Below, piece after piece: positions 7,239 to 15,520 of a stretch of DNA of 15,520 nucleotides. Position 1 is the first letter of the stretch, and each line of letters begins with the position of its first letter. A program made the position numbers and the translations under genes. The notes under the pieces were generated by a model. It saw nothing but the letters and a program-made list of their open reading frames with translations, had not been told where the DNA came from and ran no database searches. Location of the stretch: the NCBI GenBank assembly GCA_043718025.1, contig JAYSWN010000023.1, positions 1-15,520 of the forward strand, in the 5' to 3' direction. Source of the DNA: Pseudomonadota bacterium. Lineage in GTDB: Bacteria; Bdellovibrionota; FAC87; UBA2466.

Positions 7239-8393
7239 CTATATTTGCGATCGCAAATCGTCGAGTGAATAGAAAGTTTCTCGCCAGTACATGCCACGAT
7301 TAAAGATAGTTTTCAGAACGGCATTGGCCACCATGTACAAGTGAATGGCCGCACCCAGCGGAAACAGAACTCCAAGTCCCCGCGCTTGGCCGGTACGGTG
7401 TGACGAAAAAGCGTAAGCCAGCGCTAGATAAAACCAGGTTCCGCCAAAAAACAACTGGTCCCACCCCGTGGAGAAGAAAACCATCAGCGGCGGAAAAATA
7501 TTAAGAAAGAATATCGCCAGACTTCCGGCAAGCGCCTCCCACCAACGATACCTAAATCCAACGTACATGTTTTTCTCAAGGCCCCGTACCATATCGTTTA
7601 CCGAGGCGTACCACTCAACGAAAGAGGTACCCGCCCCCCACACCAGCTCTTGGCGAAAACCTGCGTGTTTGATTAGCCGACCTAGCTGCACGTCATCATC
7701 GGGGCGCAGTGAGATCGAGGCGAAGCCGCCCACCCGTAAAAATGCAGAACGTTTCATCAGATTAAATCCGCCTACGCCGATAAATCTTTTGCTGCGCGGA
7801 TTGGCCGCCTTCCATGGTTCATAAAACATCGCAAAGTAGACGCCAAAAATTCCGACGCACAGATTAAGCCAAACCCCCTGCACCCGAATTTCGGGCAACA
7901 TCGCCAAGTGATCTAGCCGACTTTCGGTTAAATAGGTGACGCCGCGGCGCAAAGCGTCGGGGTTGAATACTACGTCGGCATCGGTAAAGAGCACCAGTTC
8001 GGATGAGGTGCTTTCGATCCCCCGTTGCAGGGCGTAATTTTTTCCGAGCCACTTGGGCGGCAGGTCAGCTATCGAAACCACCTTGAGTTGGGGGTGCTGA
8101 GCCGAAAGCTGCGCCAAGATTTCACCGGTTCGATCGGTGGAACGGTCATTGATGACTAAGATCTCTTTGTTGGGGTAATCCAGATTCAAAACCGATAGCA
8201 GCGCCTCGGCAATATTTTTTTCTTCATTTCGGGCCGGAATAAGGATGCTGACCTTGGGGTAAGCTAAAACAGAACTGGGATTGACGTCACGCAGCCAGTT
8301 GATTTTACGACCGCCGAAATAGCTGTTGAGCCCCGTCAACAGAGTGACTAAGAAAAGCCCGGCGCTTAAAATAATCACGACTCCACTACCCAC
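7239..8393 (-). CDS. Membrane GT2 glycosyltransferase (HpnB/CrtQ-like lipid glycosyltransferase group)
   Basis: Motifs SILIPARNEE, NDRSTDRT, PPKWLGK-YAL, FTDAD and DDV-LGR, plus N- and C-terminal hydrophobic helices. An alternative GTG start at 8378 overlaps the Rieske stop (GTGA). Confidence 0.88.
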   Translation of the reverse strand: MGSGVVIILSAGLFLVTLLTGLNSYFGGRKINWLRDVNPSSVLAYPKVSILIPARNEEKNIAEALLSVLNLDYPNKEILVINDRSTDRTGEILAQLSAQHPQLKVVSIADLPPKWLGKNYALQRGIESTSSELVLFTDADVVFNPDALRRGVTYLTESRLDHLAMLPEIRVQGVWLNLCVGIFGVYFAMFYEPWKAANPRSKRFIGVGGFNLMKRSAFLRVGGFASISLRPDDDVQLGRLIKHAGFRQELVWGAGTSFVEWYASVNDMVRGLEKNMYVGFRYRWWEALAGSLAIFFLNIFPPLMVFFSTGWDQLFFGGTWFYLALAYAFSSHRTGQARGLGVLFPLGAAIHLYMVANAVLKTIFNRGMYWRETFYSLDDLRSQI

Positions 8394-8683
8394 AACTCAT
8401 CGCCGTCGCGCACCACCGGATAGACGGTCAGATCACGTTGTACCGGCCCCCCGAGCTTTTTGCCGTCGGGAATGTGGAATTTGGCCTGGTGCCAGGGGCA
8501 GGTCACGCACTCTCCTTCACGCTGCCCTTCCGACAACGGGCCTCCGCGGTGCGGGCAAAGTTCTTCGGTCGCATAAAACCTGTCCTCCAGTTTAAAAACC
8601 GCAAGGGTTTTTTCACTGCCTTGAACCATCAGGCTGCCGGCTTCGGGAAACTCGGCAATGGCGCAAACGCGAATTTTACCCAC
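8375..8683 (-). CDS. Rieske 2Fe-2S ferredoxin
   Basis: Rieske ligand motifs CPHRGGPL and CPWH. Start set at GTG 8683, which has a GAGG SD, overlaps the upstream stop and gives 102 aa. Confidence 0.92.
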   Translation of the reverse strand: MGKIRVCAIAEFPEAGSLMVQGSEKTLAVFKLEDRFYATEELCPHRGGPLSEGQREGECVTCPWHQAKFHIPDGKKLGGPVQRDLTVYPVVRDGDELWVVES

Positions 8684-10763
8684 GGTAGCCCGCCTCACTC
8701 GCGGCCAGCGTTTCATTTTCGGTGGGGGCCTTACAGGCAAAATCTACGCAGACAAAGTGGCGGGTATTTCCCTCGGCCAAATTTTTCTTGGAAAGCACCG
8801 GATACTTGGTGGCGATGCGCGACGCTTCACTCTCTTCGATTACCCAGCGCGAAACGTTCGGCCGAAATTCTAATAAATGTTCGCGGGCTCCCTCTTTGGC
8901 CGTTTCAAGCGTGGCCTTATTCGTGATGGTGATCCACTGCACGTGCGGCTGGTTCCAGTCGTGCGCCGCATTTAACCCGTGGCTCACCGCCGCGGGTTGG
9001 CGAGTGAAATAGGGAGTGAGCGAAGCCAAACCCTTTTCCACGACGGGACGGTAGAGGCTGGTGCCGGTAATTTGGCTCAGGCGAATCAACGCCGTGAACG
9101 CCATCGATGATCCCGAAGGCGTGGCCCCGTCTTGGTAGTCTCGCACTCTGGTCAATAAATCGGCGTGCTCAAGCCCGGTATAGAAAAAAGCCTGCGCACT
9201 TTCGTCCCAAAATTTGGCGACCATTAGATTGGCTAGAGACACTGCTGCGTCGAGCCATTTGGTTTCCCAGGTGACCGAGAAGAGCGAGATCAGCCCGTCG
9301 CAGAGACCGGCGTAGTCGTCTAGAAACGCCGGAATTTTGGCGATGCCGTCTTTAAAAGTGTGATGCAGCCCTACGAGTTTTTTCTCGTCCCATATTCCCA
9401 ACTGCTTCAGTAAAAAAGCGGCGCAGTTTTCGGCCGAGCTGCGATACGAGTCGCTGCCCAGCACGGCGTAACCTCGGGCGAAGGCCGAAATCGCCATGCC
9501 ATTCCAAGCCACTACCACTTTGGTGTCGGTATGCGGCGGCGTGCGTTCGAAGCGCCGATCAAATAGCTTCATTTTTAAAACGGCGAAATTATCTTCGACC
9601 CAAGTGGCCTCGAGCTTTAGCCGTTTGCCAGCTTCGGCTAGGGACACTTTGCGGGTGAGAATAATCTTTTCTTCCCAATTGCCGTGTTCGGGCAGATCAA
9701 AAACTTGCTCAGCAATAGAAAAAAGCTGAGCGTCCAACGCGGACTGAATTTCCCCTGGGTTCCAGACAAAGAATTTGCCTTCTACCCCTTCGCTATCGGC
9801 ATCTTGGGTGGAAAAAAATGACCCGTTTTCTGAGGTCATCTCCCTCTGCAAATAATCCAGCGTCTCTCTGGCCACCCGCGCCCATTCGCTATTTTTTGTC
9901 ACTTGGTAGGCATCGAGAAAAAGGGGAACCAAAAGCGCATTGTCGTAGAGCATTTTTTCAAAATGGGGAGCAAGCCACGTGCGATCGGTCGAGTAACGGT
10001 GGAAACCGCCCCCCAGCTGATCGTAAACGCCGCCGTTAGCCAAATGAGCGAGCGTCTTTTCCACGGGCGCTAAGTATTTTTCCGAAGGCCCGACTTGATT
10101 GAGTTTCAGCAGAAAGCGAAAATCGGCCGTATGAAAAAATTTGGGCGCGCCGCCCATTCCCCCGTATTCGGAATCGTAATTTTCAAGCAGCTTTTCTGCC
10201 GCGGTAGTGAAGGCCGCTTGGTCTACTTGGTGGCCCTCTTTTTGCCCATCATTTTTCTGCATGCCGATGAGGGCATTGGTCAGCTCCTGGGCCTGCTTTT
10301 TTACTTCGTCGGTCTTATTTTTCCAGGCGCCCGAAACGCCGGCGAGAATCTTTTTAAAGCTGGGGCTGCCGGCACGATCTTCCTTAGGAAAATAGGTGCC
10401 GCCGTAAAAAGGCTGAAGTTCGGGGGTTAAAAAAACCGTGAGTGGCCAGCCGCCGTGACCCGACATGGCCTGCACCGCGGTTAGGTAAAGGTGATCGAGG
10501 TCGGGCCGTTCTTCTCGGTCTACCTTAATGCTGACAAAAAGTTCGTTGAGAATCACGGCCGTATCGCCGTCTTCAAAGCTCTCTCGCTCCATCACGTGGC
10601 ACCAGTGGCAGGCCGAGTAACCAATCGAAAGAAAAATTGGCTTCTTCTCCCTTTTCGCTTTCGAAAGCGCCTCATCCCCCCACGGAAACCAGTCCACCGG
10701 ATTATTCTGGTGCTGTTGCAGGTACGGACTGGTTTCGGTGCTGAGGCGATTGGGCTTAGACAT
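8676..10763 (-). CDS. yyaL: Thioredoxin-domain protein of the YyaL/SPATA20 (DUF255) family
   Basis: Motifs [47 protein letters not shown] and [11 protein letters not shown]. Confidence 0.93.
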   Translation of the reverse strand: MSKPNRLSTETSPYLQQHQNNPVDWFPWGDEALSKAKREKKPIFLSIGYSACHWCHVMERESFEDGDTAVILNELFVSIKVDREERPDLDHLYLTAVQAMSGHGGWPLTVFLTPELQPFYGGTYFPKEDRAGSPSFKKILAGVSGAWKNKTDEVKKQAQELTNALIGMQKNDGQKEGHQVDQAAFTTAAEKLLENYDSEYGGMGGAPKFFHTADFRFLLKLNQVGPSEKYLAPVEKTLAHLANGGVYDQLGGGFHRYSTDRTWLAPHFEKMLYDNALLVPLFLDAYQVTKNSEWARVARETLDYLQREMTSENGSFFSTQDADSEGVEGKFFVWNPGEIQSALDAQLFSIAEQVFDLPEHGNWEEKIILTRKVSLAEAGKRLKLEATWVEDNFAVLKMKLFDRRFERTPPHTDTKVVVAWNGMAISAFARGYAVLGSDSYRSSAENCAAFLLKQLGIWDEKKLVGLHHTFKDGIAKIPAFLDDYAGLCDGLISLFSVTWETKWLDAAVSLANLMVAKFWDESAQAFFYTGLEHADLLTRVRDYQDGATPSGSSMAFTALIRLSQITGTSLYRPVVEKGLASLTPYFTRQPAAVSHGLNAAHDWNQPHVQWITITNKATLETAKEGAREHLLEFRPNVSRWVIEESEASRIATKYPVLSKKNLAEGNTRHFVCVDFACKAPTENETLAASEAGYRG

Positions 10764-10771
10764 AAGCTAGC

Positions 10772-10800
10772 AGAGTAATCTGGGGGGATCGGATGGACAA
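10772..10800 (-). promoter_or_regulatory. Sigma70-type promoter of the yyaL operon (leaderless)
   Basis: The minus strand reads TTGTCC, 17-nt spacer, TACTCT, then 8 nt to the ATG; no SD. Confidence 0.5.
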
Positions 10801-10929
10801 CTGTGCGGCTATGGCCAAAGTGGCAAGGCTTGCTCAGAATGCCTTCAAAAGGCCCAGTCTTGCGCTTTTGAGATATAATACAAGCACCCGTAATAATGAG
10901 GTTTTAGGCCCAAAAAAGGACCCCCAAGG

Positions 10930-10945
10930 TTGGTACTTCTTTTGT
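10930..10945 (+). promoter_or_regulatory. Possible variant sigma54 promoter for the 1289-aa gene
   Basis: TTGGTACTTCTTTTGT has correct GG-N10-G spacing but GT instead of GC at -12. Confidence 0.3.
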
Positions 10946-10979
10946 TCTTCTTTTTTACCGGCGGATTAGAGGGTTTTTC

Positions 10980-13900
10980 ATGAACGGACATATGAGGCTT
11001 ATCTCTACGTTGACGATTTTGATCATGGCAACTTCAGCCTCTGTCTATGCAGCCAGGCGCTGTGACCTGGAGCCGTTGACGGGCAAGCTTGGTCGTAACC
11101 AACCCCCGCCACCACCTCCTCCCCCTTCCCGAGAACCAGCGGTCGGCAACAAAGACTTTCAGTACATTGGGGAACTTTATCGGGCCCAAGTGACCAGCCT
11201 TGAAGCGCGCGAACGCGAGACTCAGCAAGCGCTCTTTGAACAGCTAGCCGCTGGCCAACCTATTTATCAAGACCACCTGCTCACGGGGCCGTCGTTTGCA
11301 GGCACCCAATACCTGATGGGCATGAGTCCCAAGGAGAGGGCAAAAACCTTGGTCATCGCGGCGAGCTCCGCCGAAAAAATTTCACCGGTCTTCGGGGGAG
11401 ATCCCACCAAGGGGCCGCCAAAAGAGACGGGCGGCGGCGATAGCATGGCGGTTGAGCAAGATGTCTACGTTTTCGGGGATGGCACGAGAGCCCCGGCAAA
11501 GGAAATTCGCGGTAAAGCGTTCGGCGAAAAACAGCATGGCAACAACCCGAATAATGGAACCACCCAAATAGTGCAGCTGGCGGGTCTGGCCGATATGCCC
11601 GTGCTCTTTAATGCTCGCGAACTTGCCACCGAATATCGGGCCACGACGCCGAGCTTAGAATCAGCCCGCTGTCCGTCGCAGGCGGAAATAAGGACGATAG
11701 TGCAGCATCCGGTAACGCGCGACGGGCTAATCAAGCTGTTTGTCGCCAATGGGGCGACCGCCGAGCAGGCAGCTGCAAAAGTAACGGCGATGGCGTCGCC
11801 AAAAATTAAATATTTTGATGCGGCCAGTGGTCAGACGAAGGAAGTTTCGGCGATTCAGTTTGATGCGGCCGGCAACGGCGTTCTCACCTTTTCTATCTTT
11901 TCCAGAAATGCCATCAAGGCGGTGGGTCTTACTTCATTCAATGTGATTGTTGGGGATATTAAGAATCCATTCCGCCCTTTCGCCAATCAACACTACGTGG
12001 ATATCGGGGACGCTGCGGCAGAAAGCGGCAATCGCCTATCAAAGCGTCCCATGATTGGTTTTCCGGACCAAAATGTTCATTTGAGTTACGTAGAAATTCC
12101 CAACGAGCGTACGGTTTTCGTTGGGCTGGGGCCCGGTGACTCGGCTTTTATCAATATACAGAAAAGGTATAAAGACGTTCTCGCGATTGCAAAAAAAAAC
12201 GGTCGAGCGGTTAGAGATCTCATGGGAACTCACGTTTTAATTGGCCGCAGTTCGAGTTTACAACCCGCCAATTCCCGAAGTCTTTTTGATCCGGCGGGCC
12301 CCTATTACGGAAAGGTCCGGCTGATGGAAAGCCTGGACGGGGTGGAAAAAGTCGAACTGGTTCGCTACGAAAACGGAAAGCGAATCGTCATTCCGATGGT
12401 TAAGGCCGACGGCTCTCTGCTCAGGGCCCACGAAATTCCGGCCGACGCACGCCAAGAAGTCACCGTGAAAAGACCCACCGGCATCACCTCGTTGGAAGGG
12501 CTGGCTAGGTACTTTAAGCAAAAATCCGTAGCGCGCCTCATTGCCGGTGATTACCTACCGCGCAGTTTCATCAAGGCGGAATTTTTGGCCACCATCGAAG
12601 GCGAGCGGCGCCCTAACGCGAAAGCAATTGAAGAAGCGTTCAATAAACCGCGCCCCTTAAATGAAATTATTGACGAGAAGATGGCAGCGGAGTTGCTACA
12701 GAACATGTTTTTCTCTAGTGCCAAAGACCCGGGTTTTGAAGCCGCGATGAAGGCATCGGGGCGAGACTATCAAGTTACCGAAAGCGGCGACGTAATCATT
12801 CACTCTGATTTCATCGACATTTCCCAAGGCTACAACTCTGAGCAGTACTTAAACGGGGTGATGGCGCCGGAGGGGTACATTCCCATTTTTTCAGACATTA
12901 AAAGTGCCGCCAGCGCTCTCCCGTTTCCCCCCGCACCGGGAACTCCCGCGCAGCTTACGGGGCGCCGACTAGTGGGGTTTGAAAGCACCGATGGCCGTAA
13001 GACTTTTATTCCCGCTCCGCACGGCGAGGTACAGATTGTAGGCGCAATCAATGGTACCGTTCCCACCAGAAACCTTGCTGGGGATTCTAAACCGGCGCCG
13101 AGCGGCGATGGCAGCTCACCGCTTACGGGCCAGGCCGTGGGTCCCGCCATTCACAAGTATTTTGCCGATTGGATCAATCACAACAAGAGCCCCTTTGGCT
13201 TACAGAGTCAGCTGGCGGCGATTCGCACCGGTGCCGCCGATTTTAGGGAGCTGCTAAGGAAGTCGGCGTCAAAACCGCACGAGCCTAGGACCGGCACCAC
13301 CCCGCGCACGCTGGCCGAACTCGTCGCGACAAATAAAATGGAAAAAGCGGCCAAAGAAAACCGGCAAATCGCTTCGTCGATTGATTTTAAAGGGAAACGG
13401 GATGTTGCCACGCTGGATCTCGTGGCCCCGTTTAACGACGTGCCGGTTACTAAAGAAAAGGTGCGCATTGAAAACGATTTGTACCATTCGCTTTTCACAG
13501 GCTACTTCGCGGTGGATGGTCAAAATAGAGCGACGAACGCAAGTTTGCCGATAAAATTCCGCTTGAACCCGCAAGGGCAATTGGAAATCATAACCGAAGG
13601 AAGATTTACCGGAAATGATCAAAATCCGCTTTCTAAGCGATTAACCGCCGACCTTAAGGCGAAGCCAATGCTGGCCAATGACTTAGCTAACCTTGTGCGT
13701 TTATTAGGTGGTGAAGCCGAGATCACCCTTCGGACAAAAGCCGACGGCCAAGTTTTGGCCGATAGCGTTCGTTTCAGCACGCCGGTGGAGCATTTGGCGA
13801 ATCAGATTCGTGAACTGAGACGGCAGCAAGGAAGCGCGGTGCTCTCAAACGCTACAACGGTCGCTCAGCTATTGGGGGCGACCGAAGCGCTTGGTCTACC

Positions 13901-14849
13901 AAAGTTTAACCCCGACCATCCCAACTCTCACGTGATTCCCGGTCAAGCAAAAGACGAATCAAAAGGCGATTCGCACGGCGAGGTGTTGTATGCCGCCCGC
14001 AGCGGAGGCCTTGGTGCCGATCTTGAAATTTTGCCGCCGGCCAGGGGGGAAAAACCTGGCTTTCTACGGGCCGTGGGTACCGGCAGCGAAATGATTTATT
14101 TGGTTGGTCCGAAAGGCGGAGACCCCGGCAAACCTACCGGCGCCGTAATCGTCTCTTACGGCGACGTGAACTTACCTCGTGCGATGGGCTACCTAGCCGG
14201 AGAACAGCGAATGCGAGATGCCGGCGTGGAGACTAACCGCATCCTTAGTTTTTTTAAACTTCCGGCAAAAGCCGATGGCCGCGAAGGCGGACTCGCTCTG
14301 ATCGTAAAGGTGGTCAACGGGGAAAATTACAAAGACTTGCCCGAGCAAGACAAATTAAGCGCCGCCAGCGCTACCGGGGCTGACTTTGCTCGCTACCAAA
14401 CGATCGGGGGAAGACAAGAGAGCAAAAATAATAAACCAGAGCAATTGGGCGCCCGCCACGATGACTTCGTCGCCAAACAACTTAAGGCGTTGGGGAAGGG
14501 GAGTCTTGCCGCAGAGCTAGGCGTCAGTACGAGAGACTACTTTTTCCACGGCCCCACTCACGGGGGATTGGTGCAAGACAAAGTGTTTTTTAAGGTGGAT
14601 CCGGTTACCCGCGCGGCCAAACCAACCTTCACCAACTTTTACGAAAGCCGCGGGTGGGGCAATGTTTTGTTTGATTTAAACGCCTTCTCCCGCGGGATGA
14701 AGCCAGAACACCAAACAGAATTTTTTAGAAGCTACGTGAAACAACGAATGGAATTGTTGAACGAAGAAAAATCAGAGGACATGGTTGCGGCGCGAGTTCA
14801 CCTAATTGAACATTTCATCGACGCGATGAATAGACCTGCCAAGCCCTGA
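10980..14849 (+). CDS. Large predicted secreted multidomain protein: signal peptide, poly-Pro linker, degenerate FAD/NAD(P)-oxidoreductase-like region and C-terminal APH/homoserine-kinase-II-like domain
   Basis: 1289-aa ORF (alternative start ATG 10992). Signal peptide MRLISTLTILIMATSASVYA and a P8 tract. Flavoprotein-like motifs are DHLLTGPSFAG, VFVGLGPGDSA, DFIDISQGY and VQIVGA. Kinase-like motifs are HGGLVQDKVFF and FTNFYES---GNVLFDL. The gene is solid; the domain calls are tentative. Confidence 0.75.
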   Translation: MNGHMRLISTLTILIMATSASVYAARRCDLEPLTGKLGRNQPPPPPPPPSREPAVGNKDFQYIGELYRAQVTSLEARERETQQALFEQLAAGQPIYQDHLLTGPSFAGTQYLMGMSPKERAKTLVIAASSAEKISPVFGGDPTKGPPKETGGGDSMAVEQDVYVFGDGTRAPAKEIRGKAFGEKQHGNNPNNGTTQIVQLAGLADMPVLFNARELATEYRATTPSLESARCPSQAEIRTIVQHPVTRDGLIKLFVANGATAEQAAAKVTAMASPKIKYFDAASGQTKEVSAIQFDAAGNGVLTFSIFSRNAIKAVGLTSFNVIVGDIKNPFRPFANQHYVDIGDAAAESGNRLSKRPMIGFPDQNVHLSYVEIPNERTVFVGLGPGDSAFINIQKRYKDVLAIAKKNGRAVRDLMGTHVLIGRSSSLQPANSRSLFDPAGPYYGKVRLMESLDGVEKVELVRYENGKRIVIPMVKADGSLLRAHEIPADARQEVTVKRPTGITSLEGLARYFKQKSVARLIAGDYLPRSFIKAEFLATIEGERRPNAKAIEEAFNKPRPLNEIIDEKMAAELLQNMFFSSAKDPGFEAAMKASGRDYQVTESGDVIIHSDFIDISQGYNSEQYLNGVMAPEGYIPIFSDIKSAASALPFPPAPGTPAQLTGRRLVGFESTDGRKTFIPAPHGEVQIVGAINGTVPTRNLAGDSKPAPSGDGSSPLTGQAVGPAIHKYFADWINHNKSPFGLQSQLAAIRTGAADFRELLRKSASKPHEPRTGTTPRTLAELVATNKMEKAAKENRQIASSIDFKGKRDVATLDLVAPFNDVPVTKEKVRIENDLYHSLFTGYFAVDGQNRATNASLPIKFRLNPQGQLEIITEGRFTGNDQNPLSKRLTADLKAKPMLANDLANLVRLLGGEAEITLRTKADGQVLADSVRFSTPVEHLANQIRELRRQQGSAVLSNATTVAQLLGATEALGLPKFNPDHPNSHVIPGQAKDESKGDSHGEVLYAARSGGLGADLEILPPARGEKPGFLRAVGTGSEMIYLVGPKGGDPGKPTGAVIVSYGDVNLPRAMGYLAGEQRMRDAGVETNRILSFFKLPAKADGREGGLALIVKVVNGENYKDLPEQDKLSAASATGADFARYQTIGGRQESKNNKPEQLGARHDDFVAKQLKALGKGSLAAELGVSTRDYFFHGPTHGGLVQDKVFFKVDPVTRAAKPTFTNFYESRGWGNVLFDLNAFSRGMKPEHQTEFFRSYVKQRMELLNEEKSEDMVAARVHLIEHFIDAMNRPAKP

Positions 14850-14856
14850 GCTTGCG

Positions 14857-15520
14857 CTACTCTTCGTCGTACTCACGGTACGGCGGGGTGTCCGCGACCA
14901 ACTTTTTAAGTTTCAGCGGACGTAACCTCCGAGGCCCATTCTTAGTGACGCGAAAGCGCAGCGAGGGTTCCTCCACCTCTTCATCGAACTCATGCCCCCT
15001 TAAACGCAACTTTAGGTAAGTCATTAAGTCGAGTTTGCCGGCGTCTTTCGTGTTGATATAGGTCGCGTAGCTATCGAAGGTTAAATTAATACTGCCGCCA
15101 ATTGCGGCTACCGCTAAATACTTATTGATCACTCTTTCGAAGTGCAACGAATAGGCCGCGGGTCCGTACCAATCGCCAATCACCTTTGAAATGCCAATTT
15201 CTTTTTTGCTTATTTTCTCAAGGAAGCGACCGTCCAAAATCCGGTGACGCGATGTACTCCTGTTCTCGATACCGGTGGGAAGATAAAGAACGACGCCGAG
15301 AGTTTTCGCGGGTCCTAGAATTTGATAGTTGGCGAGAGCGATTCCGGCTCCGGATCCGCTATCAAAGTACTGATCGTCGGGTCCGAGCGCCGCCAAGTCG
15401 TCAGTAAACCCTTTTTTCCAAGACTTCGCATACATCGCCAAGGTGGCGTCGGTCTTAAATCGGTTCAAGCGGATCATTTGTTCCCACTGGGCCAGGGCCT
15501 CGGCGCACACGTCAGGTTCC
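14857..15520 (-). CDS. Class I SAM-dependent methyltransferase-like protein (5' end outside the window)
   Basis: Motif I-like YFDSGSGAG and motif IV-like IGDWYGP. The frame stays open upstream of 15510 (EPDVCAEAL...) to the window edge, so the listed GTG is probably not the true start. Confidence 0.65.
   Translation of the reverse strand, partial: EPDVCAEALAQWEQMIRLNRFKTDATLAMYAKSWKKGFTDDLAALGPDDQYFDSGSGAGIALANYQILGPAKTLGVVLYLPTGIENRSTSRHRILDGRFLEKISKKEIGISKVIGDWYGPAAYSLHFERVINKYLAVAAIGGSINLTFDSYATYINTKDAGKLDLMTYLKLRLRGHEFDEEVEEPSLRFRVTKNGPRRLRPLKLKKLVADTPPYREYDEE

Noticed and set aside
7211..7297. Longer GNAT start at 7297
   Set aside because: It overlaps the GT2 3' end and buries the signal peptide; ATG 7210 fits a promoter better.
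10821..10834. Sigma54 promoter at TGGCAAGGCTTGCT
   Set aside because: The GG-to-GC spacing is 8 nt rather than the required 10 nt.
11043..11063. Lipoprotein (SPase II) assignment for the Cys near the signal peptides
   Set aside because: The residues before the Cys (ARR here; IRG and PDV in the other two genes) do not fit the lipobox [LVI][ASTVI][GAS]C, and in the two complete genes they are separated from the h-region.
11034..13622. Antisense and alternative-frame ORFs inside the 1289-aa gene
   Set aside because: Short shadow ORFs without protein-like features.

Overview
Bacterial chromosomal window, about 50-55% GC by eye. The lineage is uncertain; the secreted-protein style and sigma54 promoter suggest Bdellovibrionota or another former deltaproteobacterial group (inference only). 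Left part: a partial class II aldolase gene divergent from a small GDPD/PI-PLC-like gene, then the conserved prs-rplY-pth-ychF operon with an appended glycosyltransferase. Next is an unannotated ~160-nt minus-strand unit with a perfect sigma54 promoter, repeats, alternative folds and an intrinsic terminator (candidate new sRNA), followed by a disrupted FabH-like pseudogene region. Right part: a minus-strand yyaL-like/Rieske/GT2 operon and three unrelated enzyme-like genes (a GNAT, a 1289-aa flavoprotein-like/pseudokinase-like protein, and a SAM methyltransferase-like protein). These share an N-terminal C-x3/4-L motif, which follows a signal peptide in the two complete genes; they are a candidate class of exported cytoplasmic-type enzymes. 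Several genes appear to be leaderless. All calls come from reading motifs by eye; no database searches were run.
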